The notes: generated by a model not told the origin, from the sequence alone. A DNA stretch of 14,685 nucleotides from Ktedonobacteraceae bacterium (GCA_019243675.1 JAFATZ010000023.1:1-14685), one strand, 5' to 3'. Counted from the first letter of the stretch, positions 1 to 8,380 are shown. Made by a program: numbers and translations.

Positions 1-818
1 CGAGTAGCGTTGTGGTGGGAAATGCACATGAATGCACACCTGTCGTCATTGGCAACGGTGTTCCCGTTATTATGGCAGGCCCCTGTGCAGTGGAGAATAG
101 GCAGCAACTTCTCTCGACTGCTCATGCAGTACACAAAGCAGGCGCGAATATTTTGCGCGGTGGAGCTTTCAAACCGCGTACCTCTCCCTACCAGTTCCAG
201 GGTTTGGGAATCGAAGGGCTACACCTGCTCGCAGAAGCGCGCCAGCAGACAGGGTTACCAGTTATTACCGAGGTCATGGAGCCGGACATGGTAGAGGTCG
301 TCGCACAACACGCTGACATTCTGCAAATCGGCACCCGTAACATGCAAAACTTCCCCTTGCTGCTCGCCGCTGGGCGTCATAGGCAAAAACGTCCTGTCAT
401 GCTCAAACGTGGCATAGCTGCCACTATTGATGAGTGGTTATTGGCAGCGGAGTACATTGTAGCAGCGGGCAATCCACATGTTATCCTCTGTGAACGTGGC
501 ATCCGCAGCTATGACCCGCAAACGCGTAATGTCCTTGATCTTTCCTGTGTCCCCCTCTTGCATGAACTCACCCACCTCCCCGTGATTGTTGATCCCAGCC
601 ATGCTACTGGCCGACGTGAACTTGTACCCGCGATGTCGCGTGCTAGCATCGCCGCTGGCGCTAATGGGCTTATTATTGAAGTTCATCCCGATCCTGATAG
701 CGCGTTGTGCGATGGTCGCCAGTCTATTACACCGGAACAATTGCGCAAGGTTGTCCAGGAAAGCCGTATGCTGGCGCATATGATGAGTGAGCAAGAGGCA
801 CCAGTCTATGTAGCGTAA
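1..818 (+). CDS. 3-deoxy-7-phosphoheptulonate (DAHP) synthase, class I-beta (KDO8PS-like fold). It is 5'-partial: the reading frame is open to the window edge and codons are in frame from position 3.
   Basis: Translation aligns along its whole length with Thermotoga/Bacillus-type DAHP synthases ([86 protein letters not shown]). No start codon is expected inside the window. Stop TAA at 816-818. Confidence 0.9.
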   Translation, partial: SSVVVGNAHECTPVVIGNGVPVIMAGPCAVENRQQLLSTAHAVHKAGANILRGGAFKPRTSPYQFQGLGIEGLHLLAEARQQTGLPVITEVMEPDMVEVVAQHADILQIGTRNMQNFPLLLAAGRHRQKRPVMLKRGIAATIDEWLLAAEYIVAAGNPHVILCERGIRSYDPQTRNVLDLSCVPLLHELTHLPVIVDPSHATGRRELVPAMSRASIAAGANGLIIEVHPDPDSALCDGRQSITPEQLRKVVQESRMLAHMMSEQEAPVYVA

Positions 819-838
819 ATAGAATAGTAAAATGCGCC

Positions 839-867
839 TCGACTCATATTGTATGATATGGTATACT
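839..867 (+). promoter_or_regulatory. Putative sigma70-type promoter for the ANTAR regulator gene: -35 TCGACT (839-844), 17-bp spacer, extended -10 TGgTATACT (859-867).
   Basis: Hexamer match and TGn extension read directly from the sequence. It lies 59 bp upstream of the ATG at 926. A near-palindrome (867-885) starts right at the -10. Confidence 0.35.
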
Positions 868-925
868 CTTCATACGTAGTGAAGATGAGAGTATCCTGAA
901 GAATCAAAGGCTGCGAGGTGACATA

Positions 926-1498
926 ATGTCTACACGTATCATTATTGCAGACGACGAAGCTATACAACGCATGGACTTGAAAGAAGTGCTGACCAAACAG
1001 GGCTATCTCGTGGTAGGGGAGGCAGGTGATGGCCTGAGTGCTGTTAATCTGGCGCGTGAGTTGCGCCCAGAACTAGTCATTATGGATATTCGCATGCCAG
1101 ACATGGATGGTATTGCCGCCGCCGAGACACTCACGCAGGAAAAGATCGCACCAGTCTTGCTGCTCACAGCCTTTGGAGACCAGCCCTTGGTCGAACGGGC
1201 AAAGGAGGCTGGCGTGGTAAACTACATCGTCAAGCCTCTGCGCGAGAGCGAGGTTACGGCTGCAATTGAGATCACGCTAGCTCGCTACAACGAGTTTCGC
1301 ATTCTTGAGGAGAAAGCCCAGACGCTAAGCGAACAACTTGAGACACGCAAGGTGGTCGAGCGTGCTAAGGGGCTGCTGATGGAGAAACAAGGTCTTACAG
1401 AGCAGGAAGCGTTCCGTAAGATCCAGAAGGCCAGCATGAATAATCGTAAGTCAATGCGTGAGGTGGCCGAAGCTATCCTACTGACAAATGAAATGTAA
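926..1498 (+). CDS. Two-component response regulator with an N-terminal receiver domain and a C-terminal ANTAR RNA-binding antitermination domain (AmiR/NasT/EutV class).
   Basis: Receiver motifs DDE, phospho-acceptor Asp in VIMDIRMPDMDG, LLTAFGD and VKPL. C-terminal coiled-coil plus ANTAR signature RKVVERAKGLLMEKQGLTEQEAFRKIQKASMNNRKSMREVAEAIL. RBS GAGGTGA lies 5 nt upstream of the ATG. Confidence 0.85.
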   Translation: MSTRIIIADDEAIQRMDLKEVLTKQGYLVVGEAGDGLSAVNLARELRPELVIMDIRMPDMDGIAAAETLTQEKIAPVLLLTAFGDQPLVERAKEAGVVNYIVKPLRESEVTAAIEITLARYNEFRILEEKAQTLSEQLETRKVVERAKGLLMEKQGLTEQEAFRKIQKASMNNRKSMREVAEAILLTNEM

Positions 1499-1560
1499 CC
1501 AAGAAAGGTATAGCAACATCACGTACAAGACTATCTTTTGCCTAGTTAAAGAATAGGACG

Positions 1561-2574
1561 ATGATGTCACTAGTAACGAGCACAGAAAAGACGGTCACCA
1601 TTGTTGGTATCCGCTTCCGTCCGGCTGGGCGTATTTATTACTTTGATCCGCAAGGGCAGTCCTTCACCACGGGTCAATATGTCATTGTAGAGACAACACG
1701 TGGAGTGGAAGCAGGACGTGTTGTGATCGCGCCCAAGAAAGTTGCTGAAAGTGACGTAACTGATCCGCTCAAACCAGTGCTACGCTTGGCACTTGAAGAA
1801 GAGTTGCGTATGATGCTCTCCTTCAAAAGTAAAGAGAAGGAAGCAATTGTACGGTGTGCGCAATGCATAGGCCAGCACCATCTGCCTATGAAACTGGTCG
1901 AGGCTGAGTATACATTCGATGGCAGTCGGCTCACTTTCTATTTTGTTGCTGATGAACGCGTTGATTTTCGTGCGCTCGTACGCGATCTAGCTGCGATATT
2001 CCGTACTCGTATTGAGTTACGCCAGATCGGAGCGCGAGATCAGGCGAAACTGCAGGGAGGGATAGGTCCCTGCGGTAAGACGTTGTGTTGTAGCTCCTGG
2101 ATTAAAGAGTTTGGTGTCGTTTCGATTAAGATGGCCAAAGAGCAGGGTTTACCGCTCAATCCATCGAAAATCTCCGGTGTTTGTGGTCGTCTCCTCTGCT
2201 GCCTCTCTTACGAGAATGAAAACTATATTCAGGCCAAACAGCAGATGCCACGAGTGGGCACACTACTGGAGACACCTAGCGGGCCGGGCAAGATCGTTTC
2301 GGTGAATGTTCCCCAAAACTCGGTCGAGGTAATGCTCGAAAGTGGTGTCACCATTCAGGTGCCAGTTCCGGGCAATGCTGCAAGCGAGAAGAGAGACCGT
2401 AAAATCGTCGGATGTTGCACAAGCTGTAGCGTCAAAGGTGGAGGTGGAAGTTGTGGCTGTAGTGCTGGCGCAAAGGGTGGTGACTGTCATTGTGGCACGG
2501 GGGGTTGCGCTACGAAAGCTGGCGGCTGTAGCTCGTGTGGTATAAAAAAAGAAACTGCTAGCGTCCTCTCTTGA
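1561..2574 (+). CDS. ricT: RicT/YaaT-family protein (PSP1 C-terminal domain; member of the RicAFT Fe-S regulatory complex in Bacillus) with an additional ~54-aa Cys/Gly-rich metallothionein-like C-terminal extension.
   Basis: Collinear with B. subtilis YaaT (IVGIRFRPAGRIYYFD, VIVETTRGVEAGRVVIA, KLVEAEYTFDGSRLTFYF, FRTRIELRQIGARDQAKLQGGIGPCGKTLCCSSW, VSIKMAKEQGLPLNPSKISGVCGRLLCCLSYE). The tail GCCTSCSVKGGGGSCGCSAGAKGGDCHCGTGGCATKAGGCSSCG (nt ~2410-2571) is not part of canonical YaaT. Confidence 0.88.
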   Translation: MMSLVTSTEKTVTIVGIRFRPAGRIYYFDPQGQSFTTGQYVIVETTRGVEAGRVVIAPKKVAESDVTDPLKPVLRLALEEELRMMLSFKSKEKEAIVRCAQCIGQHHLPMKLVEAEYTFDGSRLTFYFVADERVDFRALVRDLAAIFRTRIELRQIGARDQAKLQGGIGPCGKTLCCSSWIKEFGVVSIKMAKEQGLPLNPSKISGVCGRLLCCLSYENENYIQAKQQMPRVGTLLETPSGPGKIVSVNVPQNSVEVMLESGVTIQVPVPGNAASEKRDRKIVGCCTSCSVKGGGGSCGCSAGAKGGDCHCGTGGCATKAGGCSSCGIKKETASVLS

Positions 2575-2617
2575 GAGAGATTGAAGGAGCCAATCCAAAA
2601 ACTGAGGAGATACCGCT

Positions 2618-3892
2618 ATGATCGACAAGGCACGAGAACTTCTTGGAGAATATCGCAAATACCTCCTGATAGTCGGCTTACCACTCCTTTTCGCTGGACT
2701 CACGATGCTCCTGGTTCTGCCTCCCATTGCCGAACACAAAGCAGCGCTTCCGCCAATAGCTCTCTGGCCAGTTATCATCGTCATTCTCATCGTTGCTATC
2801 GCACAAATAGTATCTGCTTATTACGTGGCTACGGACGTTGGTACTCTCGTTGCTGGCACCGTTGGCGCGCTTTTCCTCTATCTCTTGATTGCAACCTTTG
2901 CTCTTTCCGGCTTAGCTGCTGGTGTTGCTCTGTTTCTTGCACTGGTGCTTATTTCTGTTGCACTCTGGTATTTATATGTAAAAAACATTCCCGACACCCA
3001 GGTCGCTATTGTCTACGCGTTCGGCAAATACAGTCGTACGCTTGAGAGCGGCTTCAATGTTGTGCTGCCTTGGGAGAAAGTGACGAAACGGCTTTCTGTA
3101 GCAGAGAAGCAGTGGGCGTGCCCGGAGCAGCGCATTCAAATGTCACAACAAGATCAAGATGTCGTAGCACGTGCCGTTGTCTCCTATCAGTTGATGCCCC
3201 GGGATGCGTACCTAGCCGCCAAAGTCAAAAACTGGGAGCAGAGCCTGCGCGAACGCTTTATTGCCCAACTCCAGACGGTTCTCGAGAGCTTTACTCCTCA
3301 GGATCTCACTCCATGGTCGGGCAATATGGGATATCACGCCACCTTTGGAGCACTTGGCTCGGAAGCTGCGATTATGCCCTGGGAGTATAAGAATGAAGAA
3401 TTGTTCCAGCCATTCTCTGACGAAGTGGCCATGTGGGGAGTGCAGGTCTACAGCGTGCGCCTACGCGATGTGCTCATGGTCCCACACGGTGAACCTCTCA
3501 CCGATGTGGGCCAAGTTGTCTACACCTCATCCAGTGGCAAGCCAGCGGATTTTGATAATGACTCAACTACAGAGTCTTCGTTCAGCACTCAACCGAGCGT
3601 CTCTCCTGAGACACCAAAGACCCCACAACCGTCACAAGCGCCTGCCCAAAGCGTTCAACCTAGTTCAGACAAAGAAGCCGCCTCTCAGGAAAAAGCCCTT
3701 ACCAAACTCTATACAGAGGTGCAGAGTGGCAAAATCACTGACCCTATAACCATTCGCGACATTGCAGCGAAATTTGATGCCGTTGCTAAAGATGCACAAT
3801 TGAATCAAACCATAAGCTTTGACGTTGAACGTGCTGCCCGCAATCTCTATACTGAAGCAGAAAAATGTGCCCAACAACGCCATGGGCAATGA
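2618..3892 (+). CDS. Polytopic membrane protein: ~4 predicted TM helices (nt ~2663-2980), an SPFH/band-7 (stomatin/prohibitin-like) domain, and a Pro/Ser/Gln-rich low-complexity C-terminal linker.
   Basis: Hydrophobic N-terminus. SPFH-like core: VAIVYAFGKYSRTLESGFNVVLPWEKV...QDVVARAVVSYQLMPRDAYLAAKV. Low-complexity stretch TQPSVSPETPKTPQPSQAPAQSVQPSS. RBS GAGGAG at 2603-2608. Lies 43 nt downstream of ricT, suggesting co-transcription. Confidence 0.72.
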   Translation: MIDKARELLGEYRKYLLIVGLPLLFAGLTMLLVLPPIAEHKAALPPIALWPVIIVILIVAIAQIVSAYYVATDVGTLVAGTVGALFLYLLIATFALSGLAAGVALFLALVLISVALWYLYVKNIPDTQVAIVYAFGKYSRTLESGFNVVLPWEKVTKRLSVAEKQWACPEQRIQMSQQDQDVVARAVVSYQLMPRDAYLAAKVKNWEQSLRERFIAQLQTVLESFTPQDLTPWSGNMGYHATFGALGSEAAIMPWEYKNEELFQPFSDEVAMWGVQVYSVRLRDVLMVPHGEPLTDVGQVVYTSSSGKPADFDNDSTTESSFSTQPSVSPETPKTPQPSQAPAQSVQPSSDKEAASQEKALTKLYTEVQSGKITDPITIRDIAAKFDAVAKDAQLNQTISFDVERAARNLYTEAEKCAQQRHGQ

Positions 3893-3970
3893 CACCAAAA
3901 CCGATAGGCGGCAACATGCGGGTAGCTGCATTATCCCTACGGAGCAACGAACTTCAATGAAAGCTGCATC

Positions 3971-4492
3971 CTATTGCTGCTGTACCAGCGTTGCCGACAC
4001 CCGTTCTGCCTTCCCCTCTTCCATTGAGCGAAGAGCTGCCAGTTCTTCATTAGAGAGTACTTTGTTGGTCTTAGGATCAAAAACAACATCATTACGCGCG
4101 CAGTAGTACAAACTTCTCCAAACTGCCAGAGCGCGGTCCCATGCCGGGAAACGTAGTGTTGCCTCTGCATCACCCTTGACCACGCTTTGGAAGGTCATAT
4201 AGGAGACAACTAGGGCAGCAATGATGCAGATCAGCGTCAAGCCTACAAGTGTGTATTGGAAAGCAGGTGCTAGGGTTACCTCTGAACCAATCAAGATCAC
4301 AATGGCAAAGACAAAAAAGCCCACGAAGACCATGCATAACAGGAAAGGCAAGAACAAAGGCACACGTTTTGTAGGCATATCCGGTGGCGCACAACGCGCT
4401 ACGCCCGAATCATACGCAGCCTGGGTTGTTTTTACTTGATCTGCCTGCTGGCATACGGGACAGATTGGTTTTTGCACTGTAGTAGATGCCAT
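3971..4492 (-). CDS. Small membrane protein of unknown function: N-terminal zinc-ribbon-like CPVC...C, two TM helices, ~65-aa soluble C-terminal domain. The ORF track extends it to 4672, but the start is more likely at 4492.
   Basis: GGAGG (revcomp of 4500-4504) sits 7 nt upstream of the ATG at 4492-4490. The longer ORF would overlap the divergent mazG start (4578) by about 95 bp. Hydrophobic stretches LFLPFLLCMVFVGFFVFAIVILI and LVGLTLICIIAALVVSYMTF. I recognise no family. Confidence 0.5.
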   Translation of the reverse strand: MASTTVQKPICPVCQQADQVKTTQAAYDSGVARCAPPDMPTKRVPLFLPFLLCMVFVGFFVFAIVILIGSEVTLAPAFQYTLVGLTLICIIAALVVSYMTFQSVVKGDAEATLRFPAWDRALAVWRSLYYCARNDVVFDPKTNKVLSNEELAALRSMEEGKAERVSATLVQQQ

Positions 4493-4506
4493 GAACATCC
4501 TCCTCA

Positions 4507-4515
4507 TGCTATAAT
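4507..4515 (+). promoter_or_regulatory. Extended -10 element TGcTATAAT, candidate promoter for the mazG-polX run. An 8-bp hairpin (ttgtcg-n6-cgacaa, 4539-4556) lies in the predicted 5'UTR.
   Basis: Consensus TATAAT with a TGn extension at 4507-4515, 63 bp upstream of the ATG at 4578. A -35 is not evident (TGCCAT at best). It overlaps the RBS/start of the divergent minus-strand gene. Confidence 0.4.
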
Positions 4516-4577
4516 CTCTTATGAAGTAGCATAACACGTTGTCGTGCATTCGACAATGCCATTCATAAAGAGGAGCT

Positions 4578-6095
4578 ATGACTGTAATTACTATTGTGGG
4601 CCTTGGACCTGGCAGTATGTCCGACCTTACACTGCGAGCACAGAGGATACTTGAAAAGGCAGCAGCAGACAAGACTCCAGTTTACTTTCGTACCTTCATT
4701 CACCCCACTATAGACCCGCTCAAACAGGCATTCCCCGACTTGCGCATAGAATCATTTGATTATCTCTACGAGGCAGCAGCGGATTGGGGTACGCTCTACC
4801 AGCAGATTGCCGATACAGTCTGCACGCTCGCTGCTCAAGGCCCCATTATCTATGCTGTCCCCGGACATCCGCTGATTGGCGAATCTTCGGTGCAGTTGCT
4901 ACTCGAACAAGCAAGAGAGCATAGCTTGAGCACAGCCGTCGTTGCTGGTCTCTCATTTCTAGAACCTGTCTGTACCCTACTCGGGCTTGACCCGTGCAAT
5001 GCTCATATGCAATTAGTTGATGCAACCAATCTTGCCGCCTTGCGTGCAGACGAAGTGGCGGGCAAGATCATCCCCACCCTGCCTTTGCTGGTAGCACAGG
5101 TCTACAACCGTCGTCTCGCTAGTGAGGTGAAACTGGCGTTGGGAGAGTGTTATCCCGACGAGTGGCCTGTCAAGCTCGTACGTGCCGCGGGCATTGAAAG
5201 CGACGAGAGCGTGCTGCAGATACCACTGCATGACCTGGACCGCAACAGCTATGCAAACCATCTCACCACACTCTACGTCCCTCCAGTTGACGAGCTAACA
5301 GCGCTGCGTCTACCAGAAACGTTGCGTTTTCTCATTATGCGCCTACGTCGCGACCCCGATGGCTGCCCTTGGGATCGCCAACAGACACACCATAGTCTCA
5401 TACGCTATGTACTAGAAGAGACCTACGAAGTTGTGGAGGCATTGGAAGAGAACGATATGGCGAAACTGGCTGAAGAGCTTGGTGACCTGCTGTTACAAGT
5501 GTACCTACACGCCGAGATTGCACGCCAGGAGAGTGATTTCTCTCTTGGCGATATCTATGAACACATCAATGCTAAACTGATTCGCCGTCACCCTCATGTT
5601 TTCGGTTCAGTCGAAGCGAGTAATGCAGAGCAGGTGAAACAGAACTGGGAAGACATTAAACGCCAGGAGCGTGCAGAGGCGGGTGCTAACGTGCAACAGG
5701 AGAGCGTACTAGATCGTGTCCCTCTGGCGTCCCCCTCACTGGTTGTTGCCCAGGAGTATCAGAAGCGTACCATCCGCAAGGGCTTCGACTACCCGACAAT
5801 CGAAGAGATCTATGCGAAGCTCGCAGAGGAGCTGCAAGAACTGCAGGACGCTACAACTGCCGAGCAACAACACGAGGAGATGGGCGATATCCTTTTCATA
5901 GCAGCACATCTGGCTCATTTCCTCTCTATCGACGCAGAGCAAGCTCTACGACAGGCCAATCGCAAATTTCGACGGCGTTTCCAGTTCGTGGAGCAGATAG
6001 CACAGCAGCAGGGACGCGAACTTACTTCGTACAGCCTGCAAGAGTGGAGAGACCTGTGGCGGCTGGCCAAGGCTGCTGCCGCAAGAAGGGAATAG
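4578..6095 (+). CDS. mazG: YabN-type bifunctional protein: N-terminal tetrapyrrole-methylase-like domain fused to tandem MazG nucleoside-triphosphate pyrophosphohydrolase domains.
   Basis: N-terminus IVGLGPGSMSDLTLRA...AVPGHPLIGESS matches the methylase-like fold. MazG motifs RRDPDGCPWDRQQTHHSLIRYVLEETYEVVEALEE and a second EEIYAKLAEELQELQDA...EEMGDILF. RBS GAGGAG 5 nt upstream. Confidence 0.9.
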   Translation: MTVITIVGLGPGSMSDLTLRAQRILEKAAADKTPVYFRTFIHPTIDPLKQAFPDLRIESFDYLYEAAADWGTLYQQIADTVCTLAAQGPIIYAVPGHPLIGESSVQLLLEQAREHSLSTAVVAGLSFLEPVCTLLGLDPCNAHMQLVDATNLAALRADEVAGKIIPTLPLLVAQVYNRRLASEVKLALGECYPDEWPVKLVRAAGIESDESVLQIPLHDLDRNSYANHLTTLYVPPVDELTALRLPETLRFLIMRLRRDPDGCPWDRQQTHHSLIRYVLEETYEVVEALEENDMAKLAEELGDLLLQVYLHAEIARQESDFSLGDIYEHINAKLIRRHPHVFGSVEASNAEQVKQNWEDIKRQERAEAGANVQQESVLDRVPLASPSLVVAQEYQKRTIRKGFDYPTIEEIYAKLAEELQELQDATTAEQQHEEMGDILFIAAHLAHFLSIDAEQALRQANRKFRRRFQFVEQIAQQQGRELTSYSLQEWRDLWRLAKAAAARRE

Positions 6096-6124
6096 GGGAT
6101 AGACAAACGGTGTAGAATAACGCT

Positions 6125-6592
6125 ATGCGCAATGAACTTCTGTCATGGTTTGCACGCGAAGGACTGTTACTCACCAGCGTTGCTACGGCCTCCGATGACC
6201 CGCAGAACGACGAGATCAAAGTCACGGTCAAGGCACCTGTCCTTGCTCTCAGTCGGGCCAACCACGACTTCCGCCAGTGTCCAGACCCGCTACTCTTCGG
6301 CTATCCTGAGTCGGGCCTGGATATGATGAATCTGGACGATATGCACCAATTCGTTCTCTGCTGGTTAGAGAAGGCCGTTGAGTATGGGATGGCACGTTGC
6401 TTTGTCTGCAATCGTGTACTTGATAGAGGTGGAGAGAAACCCTGGGATGCGGTGTTTGTCACCGATCCACTCTACTGCTGGCTGCTGGTTCACTTTGACT
6501 GTAAACGGTATCTGAATCGTGATCTAAAGGGACGCAATCCGTTTGAAATCACTGCGCAGCCGCCAGAGTTCTTTGATATGCGGTTGTCTTGA
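6125..6592 (+). CDS. Hypothetical protein of 155 aa, no family recognised. It sits between mazG and polX with 29-nt and 12-nt gaps.
   Basis: Open frame with coding-like codon usage that exactly fills the mazG-polX gap. Weak RBS, so the start is uncertain. Contains CFVCN...YCW...FDCK cysteines. Confidence 0.5.
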   Translation: MRNELLSWFAREGLLLTSVATASDDPQNDEIKVTVKAPVLALSRANHDFRQCPDPLLFGYPESGLDMMNLDDMHQFVLCWLEKAVEYGMARCFVCNRVLDRGGEKPWDAVFVTDPLYCWLLVHFDCKRYLNRDLKGRNPFEITAQPPEFFDMRLS

Positions 6593-6604
6593 TCGGAATG
6601 GGGC

Positions 6605-8362
6605 ATGGATAAGAATCAGATCGCAAACCTACTAGAGGGAATTGCAATGCTGCTCGCCTTGAAAGAGGGGAGCAGCCTCTTTGAGGTGCGCGCCTACGAA
6701 AACGCTGCACGTGCTCTAGGCAGTCTCAATGGCGATATTGCACAGCTCGCCCAGGAAGGCAAGCTCAAAGGCACGCCAGGGTTAGGACCAACCATCATCA
6801 AGCGTATTGAAGAAGCGCTTGATACAGGACATATCACCCTCTATGATGAGTTACGTGCTAACACACCGCCCATAAAGCTTGAGATGCTGCGCATCGCAGG
6901 ACTCGGGCCTAAAAAGATTAACGCTATCTACGAACAACTGCATATCACTGGTATTGCTGAGCTAGAACAAGCCTGTAAGGAAGACAAAGTAGCTCAGTTG
7001 CCGAACTTTGGCAAGAAAACGCAGGACAAAATTCTGCAGGGCATTGCTCTACTCGCCCAGCACGAGGGGCGCTTTCTTTATCCTGTAGCAGAGCACGAGG
7101 CCGAGCAGATGCGTGCCGCCCTGCTGACATGCCCGGAGATTGTGCGTCTACAGGTCGGTGGTAGCCTACGTCGACGCCGCGAAACGGTGAAGGATATTGA
7201 TATGGTGGTCAGCGTTGCTGATGAGGCCAGCAGCGACGTGGGACGCGCCATAATGGACTTCTTCGTCAAGCAGCCCTCAGTACAGGTCGTCACAGGCAAG
7301 GGTGATACGAAATCGAGCGTCGTCTTGAGCAGCGGTATCGCGATGGACCTGCGTTTAGTCAATGATAGTCAGTTTCCCTATACGCTGCATCATTTCACGG
7401 GTTCACGCGAGCATCACATTGCCTTGCGCCGCCGCGCCCTCAGTGTGAACATCACCATCAACGATTATGGCATGTTTAGGGGGAAAGACCCGCATGGAGA
7501 ACTTATTGCTTGCAAACACGAGGCCGATATCTATGCGGCACTGGGTATGGCCTACATCGAGCCGGAATTGCGCGAGGATATGGGTGAGATAGAGGCAGCA
7601 GTGAACGGCTCTCTGCCTACACTCGTGCAAGAAAGCGACCTACGTGGTGTGCTGCATGCACACTCAACTTGGAGCGATGGGCAGAATACGATTCGCGAAA
7701 TGGCTGAAGCGTGTATTGCACGTGGCTACTCATATCTAGGCTTAACCGACCACAGCAAGGTGGCAGCCTATGCTGGCGGCTTAGATGAGCAGCGTTTACG
7801 ACAACAACACGAAGAAATTGATCGGCTCAACGATGAATTCGCAGGCCGTTTCTGTATTTTCAAGGGTATAGAATGCGATATCCTGCGTGATGGTACGCTT
7901 GACTTTTCCGACGACGTACTCGCCAGCCTCGATTTCGTCGTAGCCTCCATTCACAGCAACTTCAATCTCTCGCTTGCAGAACAGACTCAGCGTATGCTGC
8001 GTGCTATCGCTAATCCATACGTCGATATTATCGGTCATCCCACAGGACGCCTGCTACTGGGGCGAGCAGGCTATCCCATAGATATGGAGGCAGTCATCGA
8101 AGCTGCTGCTACCCACGGCGTATGCATTGAAATCAATGCCAACCCATCGCGACTGGATCTGGATTGGCGATTTGTACGGCTTGCACGTGATAGAGGTATC
8201 AAGGTACCTATTGATCCAGATGCCCACTCTCTGACGGGGTTGGACGATATGCGCTATGGTATAGGCATTGGGCGTAAAGGCTGGTTACGTGCAAATGATG
8301 TATTGAATACTCTGGAAACAGAGGCATTGTTACATTTCTTCCAAACAAGAAGAAGTAAATAA
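6605..8362 (+). CDS. polX: DNA polymerase X family (PolX): Pol-beta-like N-terminal module (HhH, nucleotidyltransferase) plus C-terminal PHP 3'-5' exonuclease/phosphoesterase domain.
   Basis: HhH GIGPKKINAIYEQLHI. Nucleotidyltransferase GGSLRRRRETVKDIDMVV. PHP motifs LHAHSTWSDGQNTIREMAEA, GLTDHS, HPTGRLL, IEINANPSRLD. Confidence 0.9.
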   Translation: MDKNQIANLLEGIAMLLALKEGSSLFEVRAYENAARALGSLNGDIAQLAQEGKLKGTPGLGPTIIKRIEEALDTGHITLYDELRANTPPIKLEMLRIAGLGPKKINAIYEQLHITGIAELEQACKEDKVAQLPNFGKKTQDKILQGIALLAQHEGRFLYPVAEHEAEQMRAALLTCPEIVRLQVGGSLRRRRETVKDIDMVVSVADEASSDVGRAIMDFFVKQPSVQVVTGKGDTKSSVVLSSGIAMDLRLVNDSQFPYTLHHFTGSREHHIALRRRALSVNITINDYGMFRGKDPHGELIACKHEADIYAALGMAYIEPELREDMGEIEAAVNGSLPTLVQESDLRGVLHAHSTWSDGQNTIREMAEACIARGYSYLGLTDHSKVAAYAGGLDEQRLRQQHEEIDRLNDEFAGRFCIFKGIECDILRDGTLDFSDDVLASLDFVVASIHSNFNLSLAEQTQRMLRAIANPYVDIIGHPTGRLLLGRAGYPIDMEAVIEAAATHGVCIEINANPSRLDLDWRFVRLARDRGIKVPIDPDAHSLTGLDDMRYGIGIGRKGWLRANDVLNTLETEALLHFFQTRRSK

Positions 8363-8380
8363 GAAAGATAAAGGTATCTT

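Noticed and set aside
438-794. 118-aa minus-strand ORF (and the 586-783 + ORF)
   Set aside because: Entirely inside the DAHP synthase gene, which has strong homology. Spurious.
1499-1560. Weak stem (atag...ctat) followed by CTTTT downstream of the ANTAR gene, as a possible terminator or ANTAR target
   Set aside because: Only 4-5 bp of stem with a 15-nt loop. No dual-hexaloop ANTAR motif could be discerned by eye.
2263-2790. 175-aa ORF on the minus strand
   Set aside because: Antisense to ricT/SPFH. Arg/Ser/Thr-rich composition typical of an out-of-frame GC-rich read-through. No RBS.
2581-3045. 154-aa + strand ORF in an alternative frame, Cys/Arg-rich
   Set aside because: Overlaps the well-supported SPFH gene (2618-3892) in a different frame and has no domain signature.
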